From Mobula hypostoma (lineage: Eukaryota), in contig NC_086108.1 of NCBI RefSeq assembly GCF_963921235.1, positions 107,820,001-107,884,000 of the forward strand: a stretch of 64,000 bases of DNA, read 5' to 3'. The position numbers were made by a program, and so were the translations under genes. Positions 50,460 to 62,574 of this stretch are shown here, piece by piece. Positions within the stretch are counted from its first letter, which is position 1. Each line of letters starts with the position of its first letter. Under the pieces are notes generated by a model. That model had not been told where the DNA came from. It did not search any database and was given only the letters and a program-made list of their open reading frames with translations.

Positions 50460-50850
50460 CAAATAACTACATTGGTGAGAACTGATGTAGATTGCTTTGT
50501 CAAGTACCTTCGCTCCGTTTGCTACAGCAGGTGGGATTTCCCAGTGACGACCTATTTTAATTCTATTTCCCATTCCCATTCTGCCATGTCACTCCATGGC
50601 CCTCCTTTACTGCCACGATGAGGCCATTCTTAGTTTGGAGGAACAACTCCTTATATTCCGTCTCGGTAGCCTCCAAATTGATGCCATGAACATTGCTTTC
50701 TCTAACTTCTGGCAATTTCTGTCCCCTCCCGTTCTCTCATTTTCCATTCCCCATTCTGGCTGTCTTCATACCCCTCCTCTTGTCCCTACCTACCCATCAT
50801 CTCCCTCTGTTGCACCTCCTCCTTCCCTCCTTCAAAGACCCACGACAGAC
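50460..50850 (+). mobile_element. Penelope-like GIY-YIG endonuclease fragment
   Basis: TACATTGGTGAG (YIGE) at 50468-50479; ORF 50596-50898 has LLYCHDEA...LEEQLLIFRLGSLQ. Confidence 0.8.
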
Positions 50851-50925
50851 ATTCCCTCTTTTATCCCTTCCTATTGGGCAGAAGATACAAAAGCCTGAAA
50901 GCACGTACCACCGGGTTCAAGGACT

Positions 50926-51464
50926 CAGACATCCAACCCTGCAAAAACTCATTTCAGGGAGGTAACACCATCAATTTGCAGGAGACTCCCGGAACTTCCA
51001 GGAGAGGTGGGATGTCTGCAATAGAGTAGCTCCTTAGCAGCTAACCAGCTAGTTTAAATAACGTTAGCTATGTGAATGAACAAATGATACCTGTTAAACT
51101 CACCTCAACGTGTCTTTTCCAGTCTTAACCCACCATGGGCAATAGAAAAGTCACTGTTGCAAACAGTGCAGTGAGCAACACTGTCATTATTTTTGACCCC
51201 TTTTAGGCAAGGGTACAATTTAGTGTAGTCTGGGGTGACGTACATTTTATATTTTCTTTTTTTTGGAACACTCTGCCATGGCGCGCTCTCTCTCGCGCTC
51301 TCTCTCTCTCTTGTGGTCGCTCTCGCGCTCTCTCTTGCTTTCTCTCGCTCGCTCGCTCTCAAAAAAATTGATTTCCGTGAAATTGTACATAATTTGCGGG
51401 CATCAGGGAGCCACTATGAATATGCGGGAGACTCCTGGAACTTCCGGGAGAGGTGGGATGTTTG
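50926..51464 (-). mobile_element. hAT-like deletion derivative (copy 2) with 6-bp TSD
   Basis: TIR CAGACATCC...GGATGTTTG; TSD AGGACT at 50920-50925 and 51465-51470; ORF 51105-51362 KKRKYKMYVTPDYTKLYPCLKGVKNNDSVAHCTVCNSDFSIAHGG. Confidence 0.85.
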
Positions 51465-52059
51465 AGGACTGCTTCTATCCTACTGTTATCAGACTCTTGA
51501 GCAGTCCCCTAGTACAACAGGATGGACTCATGCCCTCATTGTTATTGTCTTCAATCTTACTGTCTGCCTGCATTGTACCTCACTTGAGTGATAAGTTTGG
51601 GGTGTCTGGGCCTGTTCTGCAAGGTTCACTCATCTCTGTGCTGAAGTGAGGCTGTGGCCTGCTACTAACAGGCTCCTGGATCAGCTGCAGTGACAACTGG
51701 CTTTGTCCACTTTCATGAACTTCAGCATATGCTTACTTTTGTTGTTTGCGCAATTTGTTTTTTTTTTCTGCACGCTGGGTGTTTGACGGTCTTTCTTTAA
51801 TGGGTTCTATTGAGTTACTTTATTTTGTAGCTGCCCATAAGAAAACAAATCTAAGGCTGTATATAGTATACGTACTTTGATAATAAAAGGACTTAAAACT
51901 TCTGAACTCTGCAACCTCACTGTAATGAAATGATCAGTGTGAAGGGTACGCAAGACAAATTTTTCACTGTATCCTGCTGCATGTGACTCATAAACCGGTT
52001 TACCAGTTTGGCAAGAATTGTTGCCCCAAATACAGAAGGACATAGAGGTCCCTCTGTGA

Positions 52060-52900
52060 GAGGGTTATAAGAATATGAGACACATAGATAGAATAGGCAG
52101 ACATTATCTTTTTCTCCAGGATTGAAATGACTGATATTAGACAGCATGCTTTTAAGGTGAGAACTGACAATTTCAAAGGAGATCTGAGGGGCAAGTTCTT
52201 TGCACAGAGACTAGACTGGTGAGTGTCTGGAATGTGCTACCTGGGGTGGTGGTGGAGACAGGTACATTAATGACTTTTAAGAGGTGTTTAGATAGGCACA
52301 TGAATGTGAGGAAAATGGTGGAATATGGGCATTGTGTAGGCAGAGGGGATTAGATTACTTAGCCATTTGATGACTAATGTAATTGGTTCAGCACAGCACT
52401 GTGGGTCAATGGGCCTGATCCTGTGCTGTACCAATTATATGTTCTATGTTCTAAATCAGCCGGAGAGTTGGGATTTAATGCAGGCAAGAATGATTTGTTG
52501 CAGTCTGGGTTATCTAATACTGGACAAATTCAATAAATGATAAGGAGCTTGGGGTACAAGTTAGAAATGTAGAAAACCTACAGCACAATACAGGCCCTTC
52601 GGCCCACGAAGTTGTGCCGAACGTGTCCCTACCTTAGAAATTACTAGGCTTACCCATTGCCCTCTATTTTTCTAAGCTCCGTGTACCTAACCAAAAGTCT
52701 CTTAAAAGACCCTATCGTATCCGCCTCCACCACTGTTGCCAGCAGCCCATTCCACGCACTCACCACTCTCTGAATAAAAAAACTTACCCCTGACATCTCC
52801 TCTGTACCTACTTCCAAGCACCTTAAACCTGTGTCCTCTTGTGGCAACCATTTCAGCCCTGGAAAAAAGCCTCTGATTATCCACACAATCAATGCCTTTC
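52060..52900. mobile_element. CR1 3' fragments (+ 52060-52452; - 52560-52900)
   Basis: CR1 C-terminal motifs and CTATGTT tails. Confidence 0.8.
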
Positions 52901-53398
52901 AGCTGGGGAGTTCCTAGCTGCCTGCTCATTGTGGCACAGGTAGACAAGTTAGTGGATCCTTTAGGTTGTCATAGCCAGGAGAGGTAGTAGGGATTAGCAC
53001 TCACTACCTATTAAACACTCCCACTGGCATGCGTCTCAAATAGCCTCTGACAACCAGGTCCAGCTCCCGGCCTTCACATGTGGCTTAGCTACCAAGCCCG
53101 ACAGAACCATTTCTACTGACAGGAGAAGAGGCAAAGGCAGGTTACTGGCACCTGAAAACCAGTCGCTTCAGACAGGTGGGTCTCATCAGCCGTGGCTGGC
53201 AGGACAAGGAAAACTGTGGTCACAAGCCTCCACTGCCTTGCGGATAGACCCACTCATGGGGAAGGCTTCAGGAGTAAACCCTGAGGGAAAAATCCGGAAG
53301 TGACATCCCTAAGGCAGCCCTACGTTAAGTTCAACGCTGACTGGTAATTCCTGTGACACTGCTGGTGTAGTCAAAATGTATCGGTCTCTGCCATTCCA

Positions 53399-53718
53399 GA
53401 ACCAGAAGTCCAGAATCAGAGGGCACAGTTTAAGAATAAGGGGTAGACCATTTAGAACGGAGTTGAGGAAAAACTTTTTCACACAGAGGGTTGTGGATCT
53501 GTGGAATGCTCTGCCTCAGAAGGCAGTGGAGGCCAATTCTCTGGATTCTTTCAAGAAAGAGTTAGATAGAGCTATTAAAGATAGCAGAGTCAAGGGATAT
53601 GGGGAGCAGGCAGGAAAAGGGTACAGATTGTGGATGATCAGCCATGATCACAGTGAATGGTGGTGCTGGCTCGAAGGTCCGAATGGCCTACTCCTGCACC
53701 TATTGTCTATTGTCTATT
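53399..53718 (+). mobile_element. Young CR1 3' end inserted in an unclassified, possibly RTE-related repeat (~52950-53935)
   Basis: SRIRGHSLRIRGRPFRTELRKNFFTQRVVDLWNALP; (CTATTGT)n tail. Confidence 0.85.
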
Positions 53719-53940
53719 CCTTTGGGTTCATCAGATGTATGGAGAGGGGATGCCTGCTGCATGGGCAACAGCTTGCTCTCCATATTGTACTGCCCTGGCA
53801 TGCATACCATGTAGACAGCTACAATGCAAGATCCACGGTCGACCCTGAAAACCAGTTGCTTCAGACAGATGGGTCTCACCTGGCTGTTTACAACCCACAA
53901 CCAGCCAGAATGCTGCAATAGAGTGGGACACCCATGGGGT

Positions 53941-53947
53941 GAGAGAG

Positions 53948-54000
<53 letters not shown>

Positions 54001-54079
54001 TTGTGTGTGCACGCATGTATGTGTGTTTGTGTGTGTATGAGAGTGTGATTTTGTGTGTGTATATATGTGTGAGTGTATA

Positions 54080-54134
<55 letters not shown>
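53941..54134. repeat. Compound (GA)n/(TG)n microsatellite
   Basis: Two long pure TG runs (~53950-53999 and ~54087-54134) with degenerate TG between them. Confidence 0.97.
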
Positions 54135-54136
<2 letters not shown>

Positions 54137-54311
54137 ATACCTCTCCCTAAAGCTCAGGTCCTTAAATTCTGGTAGCATCGTTGTTAATCTTCTGTTTTAT
54201 CTGCACTATTTTCAGCTTAATGACAGCCGTCCTAAAACAACCAAAACCGAGGTGCAGTCTTACTGCCCTCTTGTACAACTGCAAACGTAACATCCCAACT
54301 CCAGCACTTAG

Positions 54312-54645
54312 TAACAAGAGAGATTCTGCAGACGCTGGAAATCCAGAGCAACACACACAAAATGCTGGAGGAACTCAGCAGATCGGACAGCATCTGTGGA
54401 AATGAATAAACAGCGGACATTTCGGGCCAAGACCCTTCATCAAGACTGGAACTGAAGGGCGAAGATGACAGAATAAAAAGGTGGGGCCAGGGTAGGAAGA
54501 CCAGCTGGAAGGTGATAGGTGAAGCCAGGTGGATGGGAAAGGCCACGGGCTGGAGAAGAAGGAATCTGGTAGGAGAGGAGAGTGAACCATAGGAAAAAGG
54601 GAAAGAGGAGGGGATCCAGCAGTAAGTGATGTGCAGGTGACCGAA
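54312..54645 (-). mobile_element. Penelope-like terminal repeat and UTR with degenerate hammerhead motif (54411-54448)
   Basis: Reverse CAGTCTTGATGAAGGGTCTTGGCCCGAAATGTCCGCTG. Confidence 0.75.
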
Positions 54646-57440
54646 ACAAGATTAGAGATTTAAAGGCTAGCTTTATTTGTCACATGCATATCAAAACATA
54701 CAGTGCATTGGATGTACAGTAAGTCCATCTCTGCGATATGTACTTCTCATAAATTCTGTTTTATTTCTTTATTTTCCTGCGAATGGCCGCAAGAAAATGA
54801 ATCTCAAGGTAGTATATGGTAACATATATGTAAATAAATTAACTTTGAACATTGTACTTTTTGAAACATTGCGTCAATGATCAACTCAATATGAAGATGT
54901 GCTGGGGCAGCCCGCAAGTGTCACAATGCATCTGGCGCCAATATAGCATGCCCACAACTCAATTACCTTAACCTGTACGTCTCCGGAATGTGGGAATTTT
55001 TCCTCTGAGGTTGGGTGGGTCTATAACCCTAGGTCATGGATTAGAGTGAATGGTGAAAAAAATTAACGGGAACATGAGGGGAAACTTCATCATTCAGAGG
55101 GCTGTGACAGTGTTGAATGAGCTGCCAGTGCAAGTGATGCAAGCGAGCTCGATTTCAACATTGAAGAGAAGTTTGAATAGGTACATGGATAGTATAGCAG
55201 TATGGAGGGCTATGGTCTCAGTGCAATTCGATAGAAGAAGACAGTTTCAATGTTTCGCACGGAATAGATGGGCTGAAGGGCCTCTTCCTGTGCTGTATTT
55301 TTCTATGACTCCATGACTATGATTATTAGAAGCCGGTGCACCTGGTGGAAACTCACACAGTCACGGTGAGAACGTGCAAACTACTTACAGGCAACATGAG
55401 AATGGAACACTGATTGCTGATCACCAGCCTTGTAAAGCTTTGCGTTAAATGCAGGCACAATGTATGTACACCATATGCCACTATACAGTATGCATCACCA
55501 GATTGTGTGTGGCGCCAGCAAGTTATTGTATGTTCCTTTAAATACCACCTTACAGCGCCAGTCTGTCAATCAGACGTAACCGTGATTGTGATTGTGCTGT
55601 TTTTTCAAAATAGGGAGAAAGTGATTGGCAGACAGGCGGCCATTCCAGCAGCTTGAAGCCTGGGCAGATCAACATAATCAGCGCAATTGTTGTATTTAAC
55701 CTTTCATCAGCCAGAGCTTTGAAGCAGGCCGTTGATTCAGTGATTTGTGTTTATTTACATTGTTACTGGAGATAATTGCAGGTTAAGAACCCTGCAAATT
55801 ACCCGTGTTTTAGGCTGGGTTCAGAATTCTTGTTTTGAAGCAAATTAAATGCATCTATTGTGTATTTGTGTGTGTGTGTGTGTGTATGTGTGTGTGTGTA
55901 CACCTTTCCTGGAGAGCATTGCTAACTTTTCTGTGTGGAGCAATATGGGTAAGACTAGAAGAAGAGGTCATGGGTTAAGAGTGAAGGGTGAAGTGTTTAA
56001 GGGGAAATTCTTCACTCTGAGGGTGGTGCGAGTGGAGAGCAAGCTGCCAGCAGGAGTGGTGGATGTGGGCTGGCTTTTAGCATTTAAGAGAAGTTTTTGT
56101 AGGTACTTGGATGAGTGAGGTATGATCTGGGTGCAGGTTGATGGAGCTGGGCAGATTTATAGTTCAGCACGGACTAAATCAGCAGAAGGGTCTGTTTCTG
56201 TGCTGTACTCTTCTATGTCTCTATGACTCTGTATTCTGTGTAGCCATGAAGGTCAGCAAAGCAACTTCGTCATTTTGAATACAAATTGATGACTTTGTCC
56301 TACAACATAGCACAGCGATGAACTGGTGTGTAGAAACGGCTAAGAAATCAGCCTTCATTAATTTGACTGCCTGCATGTGTATTCTGAAGGGCTGATTGTT
56401 TCCATAGCTGCATGTATTCCATTACTACAATGGAATTAAGTGGCTCTGGCACACGTCGGTAGATGGGAGAGAAACAGATTTTTTTTCCCTACATGTGTTT
56501 TGCTTTAAGTTGAGTCTCAAAAGGTCTCTTGTTTTTATTTTAGTTAAGTTTTGCTAAAAAATAAAGACTTTTTTCTCAGGGCAGAAATGCCTAATACAAG
56601 GAGCAAAAGCTCTCCACTGGAAATAGGCGAGTAAAACAAAAACTTCACACCATCTTAGATTTGCTTCCCCCAGGCAGTTAATCTGATCCATCATTCTAGT
56701 TGCCCTCCCCACTCTCCTCTATACATTACCCCCGTCACTGCGCTGTACTGTAAACACATTGAACCACCTTTTATAATGCTGCTTACATTGTAAGTGCATG
56801 CTGGTATTACATAGAACATAGAATAGTACAGCACAGTACAGGCCCTTCGGCCCACAATGTTGTGCCGACCCTCAAACACTGCCTCCCATATAAGCCCCCA
56901 CCTTAAATTCCTCCATGTACATTTATGTATTTATGTACATTTTATTCCACATCTGTACCTCTGCCTTTATTTTTATATAATTCTTTATTCTGTATAATTG
57001 TTGAATGTTGTTTTTGTTGCAAAGCGCACCAACACCCCACAGCAAATTCTTAATACATGTAAATTAATAAGGTGAATAAAGTTGATCCTCGATCCTTAGT
57101 AACTTTAAGGTGATTGGAGAAAAGCATAGGGGGAATATCAAAGGTAATTTTTACACAGAGAACGATTGGTGTGTGGAACACCATAATATGCGTTCTCTTT
57201 ACTTTTTACTACCTCAGTGTACTCGATGTATGATATCTGCTGTATAATATGATCAGAGGCACAGATGGAGTTGGCAGACTGAGACATTTTCCCAGCACAG
57301 AAATGGCTAATGCGAGGGGGCATCATTTTACTGTGATTGGAGGAAAGTTATAGGGGGTATATGTAAAATATATGTCAGAGTTAAGTTTTTCTACACGGAG
57401 AGTGGTGGGTGTGTGGAACACGCTGCCAGGCAGATACATT

Positions 57441-57820
57441 TGTTTGTTCATTCATTATGTGCCATATTGTGTGACGTGGGTGATCATAGTCTTTCCATGA
57501 CCGTGATTATTCCTGGCAATTTTTTCTACAGAAGTGGTTTGCCATTGTCTTCTTTTGAGCAGTGTCTTAACAACACAGGTGACCCCAGCCATTGTCAATA
57601 CTCTTCAGAGGTTGTCTGCCTGGCGTCATAACCAGGACTTGTGATATGCACCAGCTTCACATACGACCATCCACCACCCACTCCCATGGCTTCACATGAC
57701 CCTGATTGGGGGGTTGTGTTTTGGGGAGGGCTAAGTGGATGCTACACCTTGCCCAAGGGTGCCCTGCAGGCTAGTGGAGGGAAGGAGTCCCTTGGACCTC
57801 TTTTGGTAGACCCTACCACC
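57441..57820 (-). mobile_element. RTE/BovB-related short element inserted in a CR1 tail
   Basis: Reverse strand has GAAGACAATGGCAAACCACTTCTG (Bov-A/RTE-like) and ends (TGAA)n-like; the host CR1 'cagatacatt|agggacattt' is split. Confidence 0.55.
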
Positions 57821-59419
57821 CATTAGGGACATTTAAAAGATTGGACAGAAGTGTATAAGATAATAATAGGCATTGATAGAATGGACAGCCAGAACATTTT
57901 CCGAGGGAAGAATAGCTAATATGAAAGGGCAAAACTTTAATGTGTTTGGAAGAAAATAGAGGAGGAATGTCAGAGGTAAGTTTTTTGTACAGGAAATGGT
58001 GGGTGCTTAGAACATCCTGTCTGGGGTGTTGACAAAAGCAGATATGTTAGGGACATTTAAGAGACTCTTAGATAGACACATGAGGGAGAGCCATATAGGA
58101 GGGAAGGGGTCGATTGAGCTTAGAGTAGGTTAAAGGGCTAACACAACATCATGGGCTGAAGAGCCTGTACTGTTGCAAAAGACCATAAGACATTGGAGCA
58201 GAATTGTGCCATTTGGCCCATTGAGTCTGCTCCTGCATTCAATCATGCATTTTCTATGTTTGATGCTGTGGTAGAACAAGGGACCCTACAGAAAATCCTG
58301 GCAATTCTGGACAATCACCCTCTGCATGCCACCTTGGCTGAACAGAGGAATACTTTTAGTAATAGACAAGTGCACTACTCCAAAGAGTGCTATATGAGGT
58401 CATTCTTCCCTTGGCCATTATAATGAGTCAAACTACAGCCGAGGAAGTGACTGCTTGAGTTAACTCCTCTTAGACTGCTTGAGTTAACTTTTTTTATTCT
58501 TCCCTATTTCTCTTCTAATATTTGTATATTTGTGCATTTGTCATGCTGCTGTGATGCTGTAATTTCCTTTGTGTGTGTGTGTGTGTCTGTGTCTGTGTCT
58601 GTGTCCATGCGTATGTCTGAGCGTGTCTGTGTGTGTTTTTGTGTATGTGTGTGTGTATTAGTGTATCTAAATAAAGTATCTATCTATCCATGTTCTTAAG
58701 TTTTGCATTTCTTTTGCATCTTCCCGGAATCCCAAACCCCTTTACCGTGTGTCAATGGCACCATGCATTCACCAGGAAATGAGTATTTTCGGTAATGGAG
58801 AACAATGAGATGAATATCACCCCATCATTATCCTGAGGGCAATTACTGGGCAGAAACTTAAATGGACCAGCCACAAAACCACTGGGCAACAAGAGCAGGT
58901 CAGAGAACAAAATTAAAAACAGAACATACAGGTGAAAGGGTTAACGTATGAGGAGTGGTTGATGGCTCTGGACCTGTACTCGCTGGAGTTTAGAAGAATG
59001 GGGGGAGGAATCTCATTGAGATCTGCGGAATATTGAAAGACCAAGACACAGTGGACATGGAGAGGACATGGAAGGTAGGGGGAGGGGAAGAAGTACAAAC
59101 TGTAAGTGATACATGAAACCAGAAGAGTGGGAAGGTGGGTGGGTGAAGAAAGGGGGAACGAAGTGAGAAGCTGCACGGTGATAGGTGGAAAAGGTAAAGG
59201 GCTGAAGAAGAAGGAATCTGATAGGAGAGGTAGAGTGGACCATGGGAAAAAGGAATGGAGGAGAGCTACTTGCATTCAGGGAGGGCTATGGCCAATGTGC
59301 AGTGAAGAGGAATCTTTGGTTTATTTAGTTTGGTACAATATTATGGGGCAAAGGGTCTATCCTGTGCTGTACAGTTCTGTGCTCTATGTCCTCCGAATCT
59401 TTCAAGTTTCAACAAAAAA

Positions 59420-60020
59420 AAATGAGCATGATGCTATTGCAGCTTGGGGGATGGGAATTCAAAGTTCAATTCCGGAGTCCACTATAAGAAATTTTGGATG
59501 TCCTTCCCATGTAACTTGGGTTTCCTCCAGTTTCCTTCCATGGTCCAAATACGTACCAGTTGGTAGGTTGTAAATCGTCCTGTGAGTAGGCTGGGGGTTG
59601 AATCAGTGGGTTGCTGGGCAGCGTGGCTCAGTGGGCTGGTTAGGTGTGTTTCACAATGTATCAATCAAATAATCAATAAGTAAATAAGCAGATTTAAAAA
59701 GATGAGTCCTCTGAACGAGCATCATGGGAATTGTGAGGACCTTTTTTTTATTTATTGAGATACAGCACACAATATAGGCCCTTTTGGCCCTTCAAGCCAC
59801 ACCAGTCAGCAATCCCCAAATTTAATCTGAGCCTAATCATGGGACAATTAACCTACCAACCAGTACAGCTTTGGACTGTGGGAGGAAACTGGAGCACCCG
59901 GAGGAAACCCACCCGGTCACAGGGAGAACGTACAAGCTCCTTACAGGCCGCGGTGGGAGTAGAACCCAGGTCGCCTGTACTGTAAAGCTTTGTGCTCACC
60001 ACAATGCTACTATGCTGCCC
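59420..60020. mobile_element. Convergent pair of V-SINE/HE1-like SINEs (+ ~59420-59690; - ~59745-60020)
   Basis: B-boxes, V-domains and A-rich tails pointing toward each other. Confidence 0.78.
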
Positions 60021-60449
60021 ATTTCGGTTTAATGTTGTATCTGCAGTAGAGGAGGACGTGGCGAATCTCGGCACCATGTTATTGGCAAGCATTGAGTGAG
60101 AACACATCGCAGAGTATTGAAATTCCACATGAATATTAATGTAGTCAGGCTGCTTGGAACGCCGGTGAATAATCTGTTTCTGGAAGCATTTGCCGTATTT
60201 GGACTTAAACAACCTGCAAGACGGCGAGGATAAGCGGGCCGATTTTAATTAGAAATGTGGACTCTTCCTGCTCTCTGCCCATGTCTGGTGACAAAATGAT
60301 GAGTTGTTCATCACTCGGATGAGGAATTAATATCATGTTATTCAATTCCTCTGGGCATGCTAGCAATGGCAATGAGTTACTTCGGCAGAGTAGCAATGTT
60401 GCTCTGTAGGTAAATGCAGCGAACAATCTGCACAAATAGCAGTGCGGTA

Positions 60450-61001
60450 CACTCAGTAGCCAGTTTATTAGGTACACCTGCAATGCAAATACCAAGTCAG
60501 CCACTCAATGCATAAAAGCATGCAGGCATGGTCAAGAGGTTCAGTTGTTGTCCAGACCTAACATTAGAATGGGAAGGAAAAGTGCTGTGAGTGACTTTAA
60601 TCATGGAATGATTGTTGGTGCCAGACAGGGTGGTTTAAGTATCTCAGAAACTGCTGATCTCCTGGGATTTTCACACACAACTGTCTCTAAGAGTTTACAG
60701 AGAATGGACCAAAAAACATTTAAAAAAAAAAGGGACACCCATTGAGTGGCAGTTCTGTGGCAATAACGCCTAGTTAATGAGAAAGGTCAGACAAGAATGG
60801 CCTGATTGGTTCAAGCTGACAGGAAGGGGACGGTAACTCAAATAACCAGGCGTTACAGCGGTGGTGTGCAGAAGAGCATCTCTGAACGCACAACACCTCA
60901 AACCTTAAAGTGGATGGCTGCAGCAGCAGAAGACCATGAAAATACCCTCAGTAACTACTTCATTAGTGACAGGACATACCTAATAAAGTGGCCACTGAGT
61001 G
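60450..61001 (+). mobile_element. Tc1-like internally deleted transposon with paired/HTH N-terminal remnant
   Basis: TIR CACTCAGT(A/G)GCCA(G/C)TTTATTAGGTA at both ends; TA TSD at 60448-60449 and 61002-61003; MGRKSAVSDFNHGMIVGARQGGLSISETADLLGFSHTTVS. Confidence 0.92.
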
Positions 61002-61144
61002 TAGGTTTAAGGTAGAGGGAGAGATCGGAGGGGAAACATTTTTACACAAAGCGTAGGATCTGTGTGGACTGAGCTACCAGAAGAAATGGTTGTGCCAGGC
61101 ACATTCACAACTTTCGAAAGGCAGTTGAACGGGATGATGGATGA

Positions 61145-61699
61145 TGACGGACGTCACCTTCTTGAGGATCTTCTGAGGATATCCTCGAATCAAAATTGTT
61201 TTGTTTCAAACATTCCAGGCTTGGAGAAGTTAGAAACGGTCAGGAGAGAAAATGAAACAAATTCACTACTTCCAACAAGTTAGGAACGATGACGAATTTG
61301 AAGGTATTAACAGCCATCGTGAATGTTACAATGAAAAGGAAGATTTGAAGGATGCAATTGTTGAAAGCATTGTATGAATGCAGTCCATTATCTGCACCAG
61401 GTATCTGTGCTGATTTTGTTCAGCCACTCAAAAGATCATAGCAGTGTACACCGGACGACTTCCTCCATTGCTAACTATTACAAACTAATACACTGTTTCA
61501 TAGTACTGTAGTAGTATTGGCGATGTTCTAATTTGTTCTGCATTTCATTTAAGTACATAATTTGTTATTCAGTTAAACAATAGTTTGTCTCTTTTATACC
61601 TTTTTATCTATTTCCATGAAACTTTGGCTAATTGGGGCAGCTGTTTAATAGGGCGAAATGTACCGGTCCTGATGTGTCCCAGTTAAAGGGAATCAACTG
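61145..61699 (+). mobile_element. pogo/Tigger-like transposon 3' fragment
   Basis: Acidic C-terminal-like coding remnant, AT-rich tail, and terminus ...GGGAATCAACTG|TA. Confidence 0.55.
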
Positions 61700-61825
61700 T
61701 ATTGCTGCTGAAATGCCTTCTTCACCAAGAGCCACCATTATCTCAGTATCAGATGCAAACCAGAATAACATAGGAAAGGAACATACTGTTACACTGCTGG
61801 ACTATTGCCAGGCAGCAATAGTTAT

Positions 61826-61969
61826 CAGTCCTGATGAAGGGTTTTGGCCTGAAACATCAACTGTTTACTCTTCCATAGATGCTGCTTGGCCTGCTGAGTT
61901 CCTCTTGCATTGTGTGTGTGTGTGTGTGTTGCTTTGGATTTCCGGCATTGGCAGATTTTCTTGTGTTTG
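61826..61969 (+). mobile_element. Short Penelope-like terminal repeat beginning at the hammerhead stem I
   Basis: CAGTCCTGATGAAGGGTTTTGGCCTGAAACATCAACTG...GCAGATTTTCTTGTGTTT. Confidence 0.8.
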
Positions 61970-62380
61970 TCACATAGGAAAAGTCTCAGAGAAATGAAAA
62001 TATAAACACTCAGAGCGGAATGTTTATTTGGTTTCATGGACCTGGGTCCTTTATGATTACCAAAGGAAAGCCCAGTTTCACTCTGTATTCTTCAGCCACT
62101 GTGTCTCCCTGTCAATGCATTGTTAACTATAATTAAGATACTTTATTTCAAATGAACTGGCACAAAATTGAGTGGACAGCTACAGACCTATTCCCAGGGT
62201 GGAAATGGCTAATACAAGGCTGCATAATTTTGAGCTGACTGGAGTAAAGTTTATTTTTGGGGGGGAATTGTCCACAGAGAGTGGTGGGTGCATGGAACAC
62301 ACTGCCAGTGGACAGTGGCCGAGGCAGATATATTAGGGTCATTGAAGGCACTGGATGACAGAAATCGGGGTGGAGTAGCG

Positions 62381-62574
62381 AACAAGAGATTCTGCAGATG
62401 CTGGAAATTCACACACACACACACACACACAAAATGTTGGAGGAACTCAGCAGATCAGGCAGTGTCTATGCAGTGGAATCAACAGTCGACATTTCAGGCT
62501 GAGACAGTCCTGATAAGGGTTCCGGACCGAAATGTCACCGGTTCATTCCTCTCCGTAGGCGCCGCCTGAACTGA
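62381..62574. mobile_element. Penelope-like inverted insertion with its junction inside the hammerhead motif
   Basis: The minus-strand repeat ends at ~62504 within stem II; the plus-strand copy starts CAGTCCTGATAAGGG at 62505. Confidence 0.75.

Noticed and set aside
53050..53145. HDV-like ribozyme in the RTE-like segment (GCC-TTCACATGT-GGC hairpin, GGCAAA)
   Set aside because: I could not build P1, P1.1 and P2 of the nested double pseudoknot by eye; a descriptor search on the family consensus is needed.
53731..54290. HT/CV-repeat ORFs
   Set aside because: They are translations of a (TG)n microsatellite.
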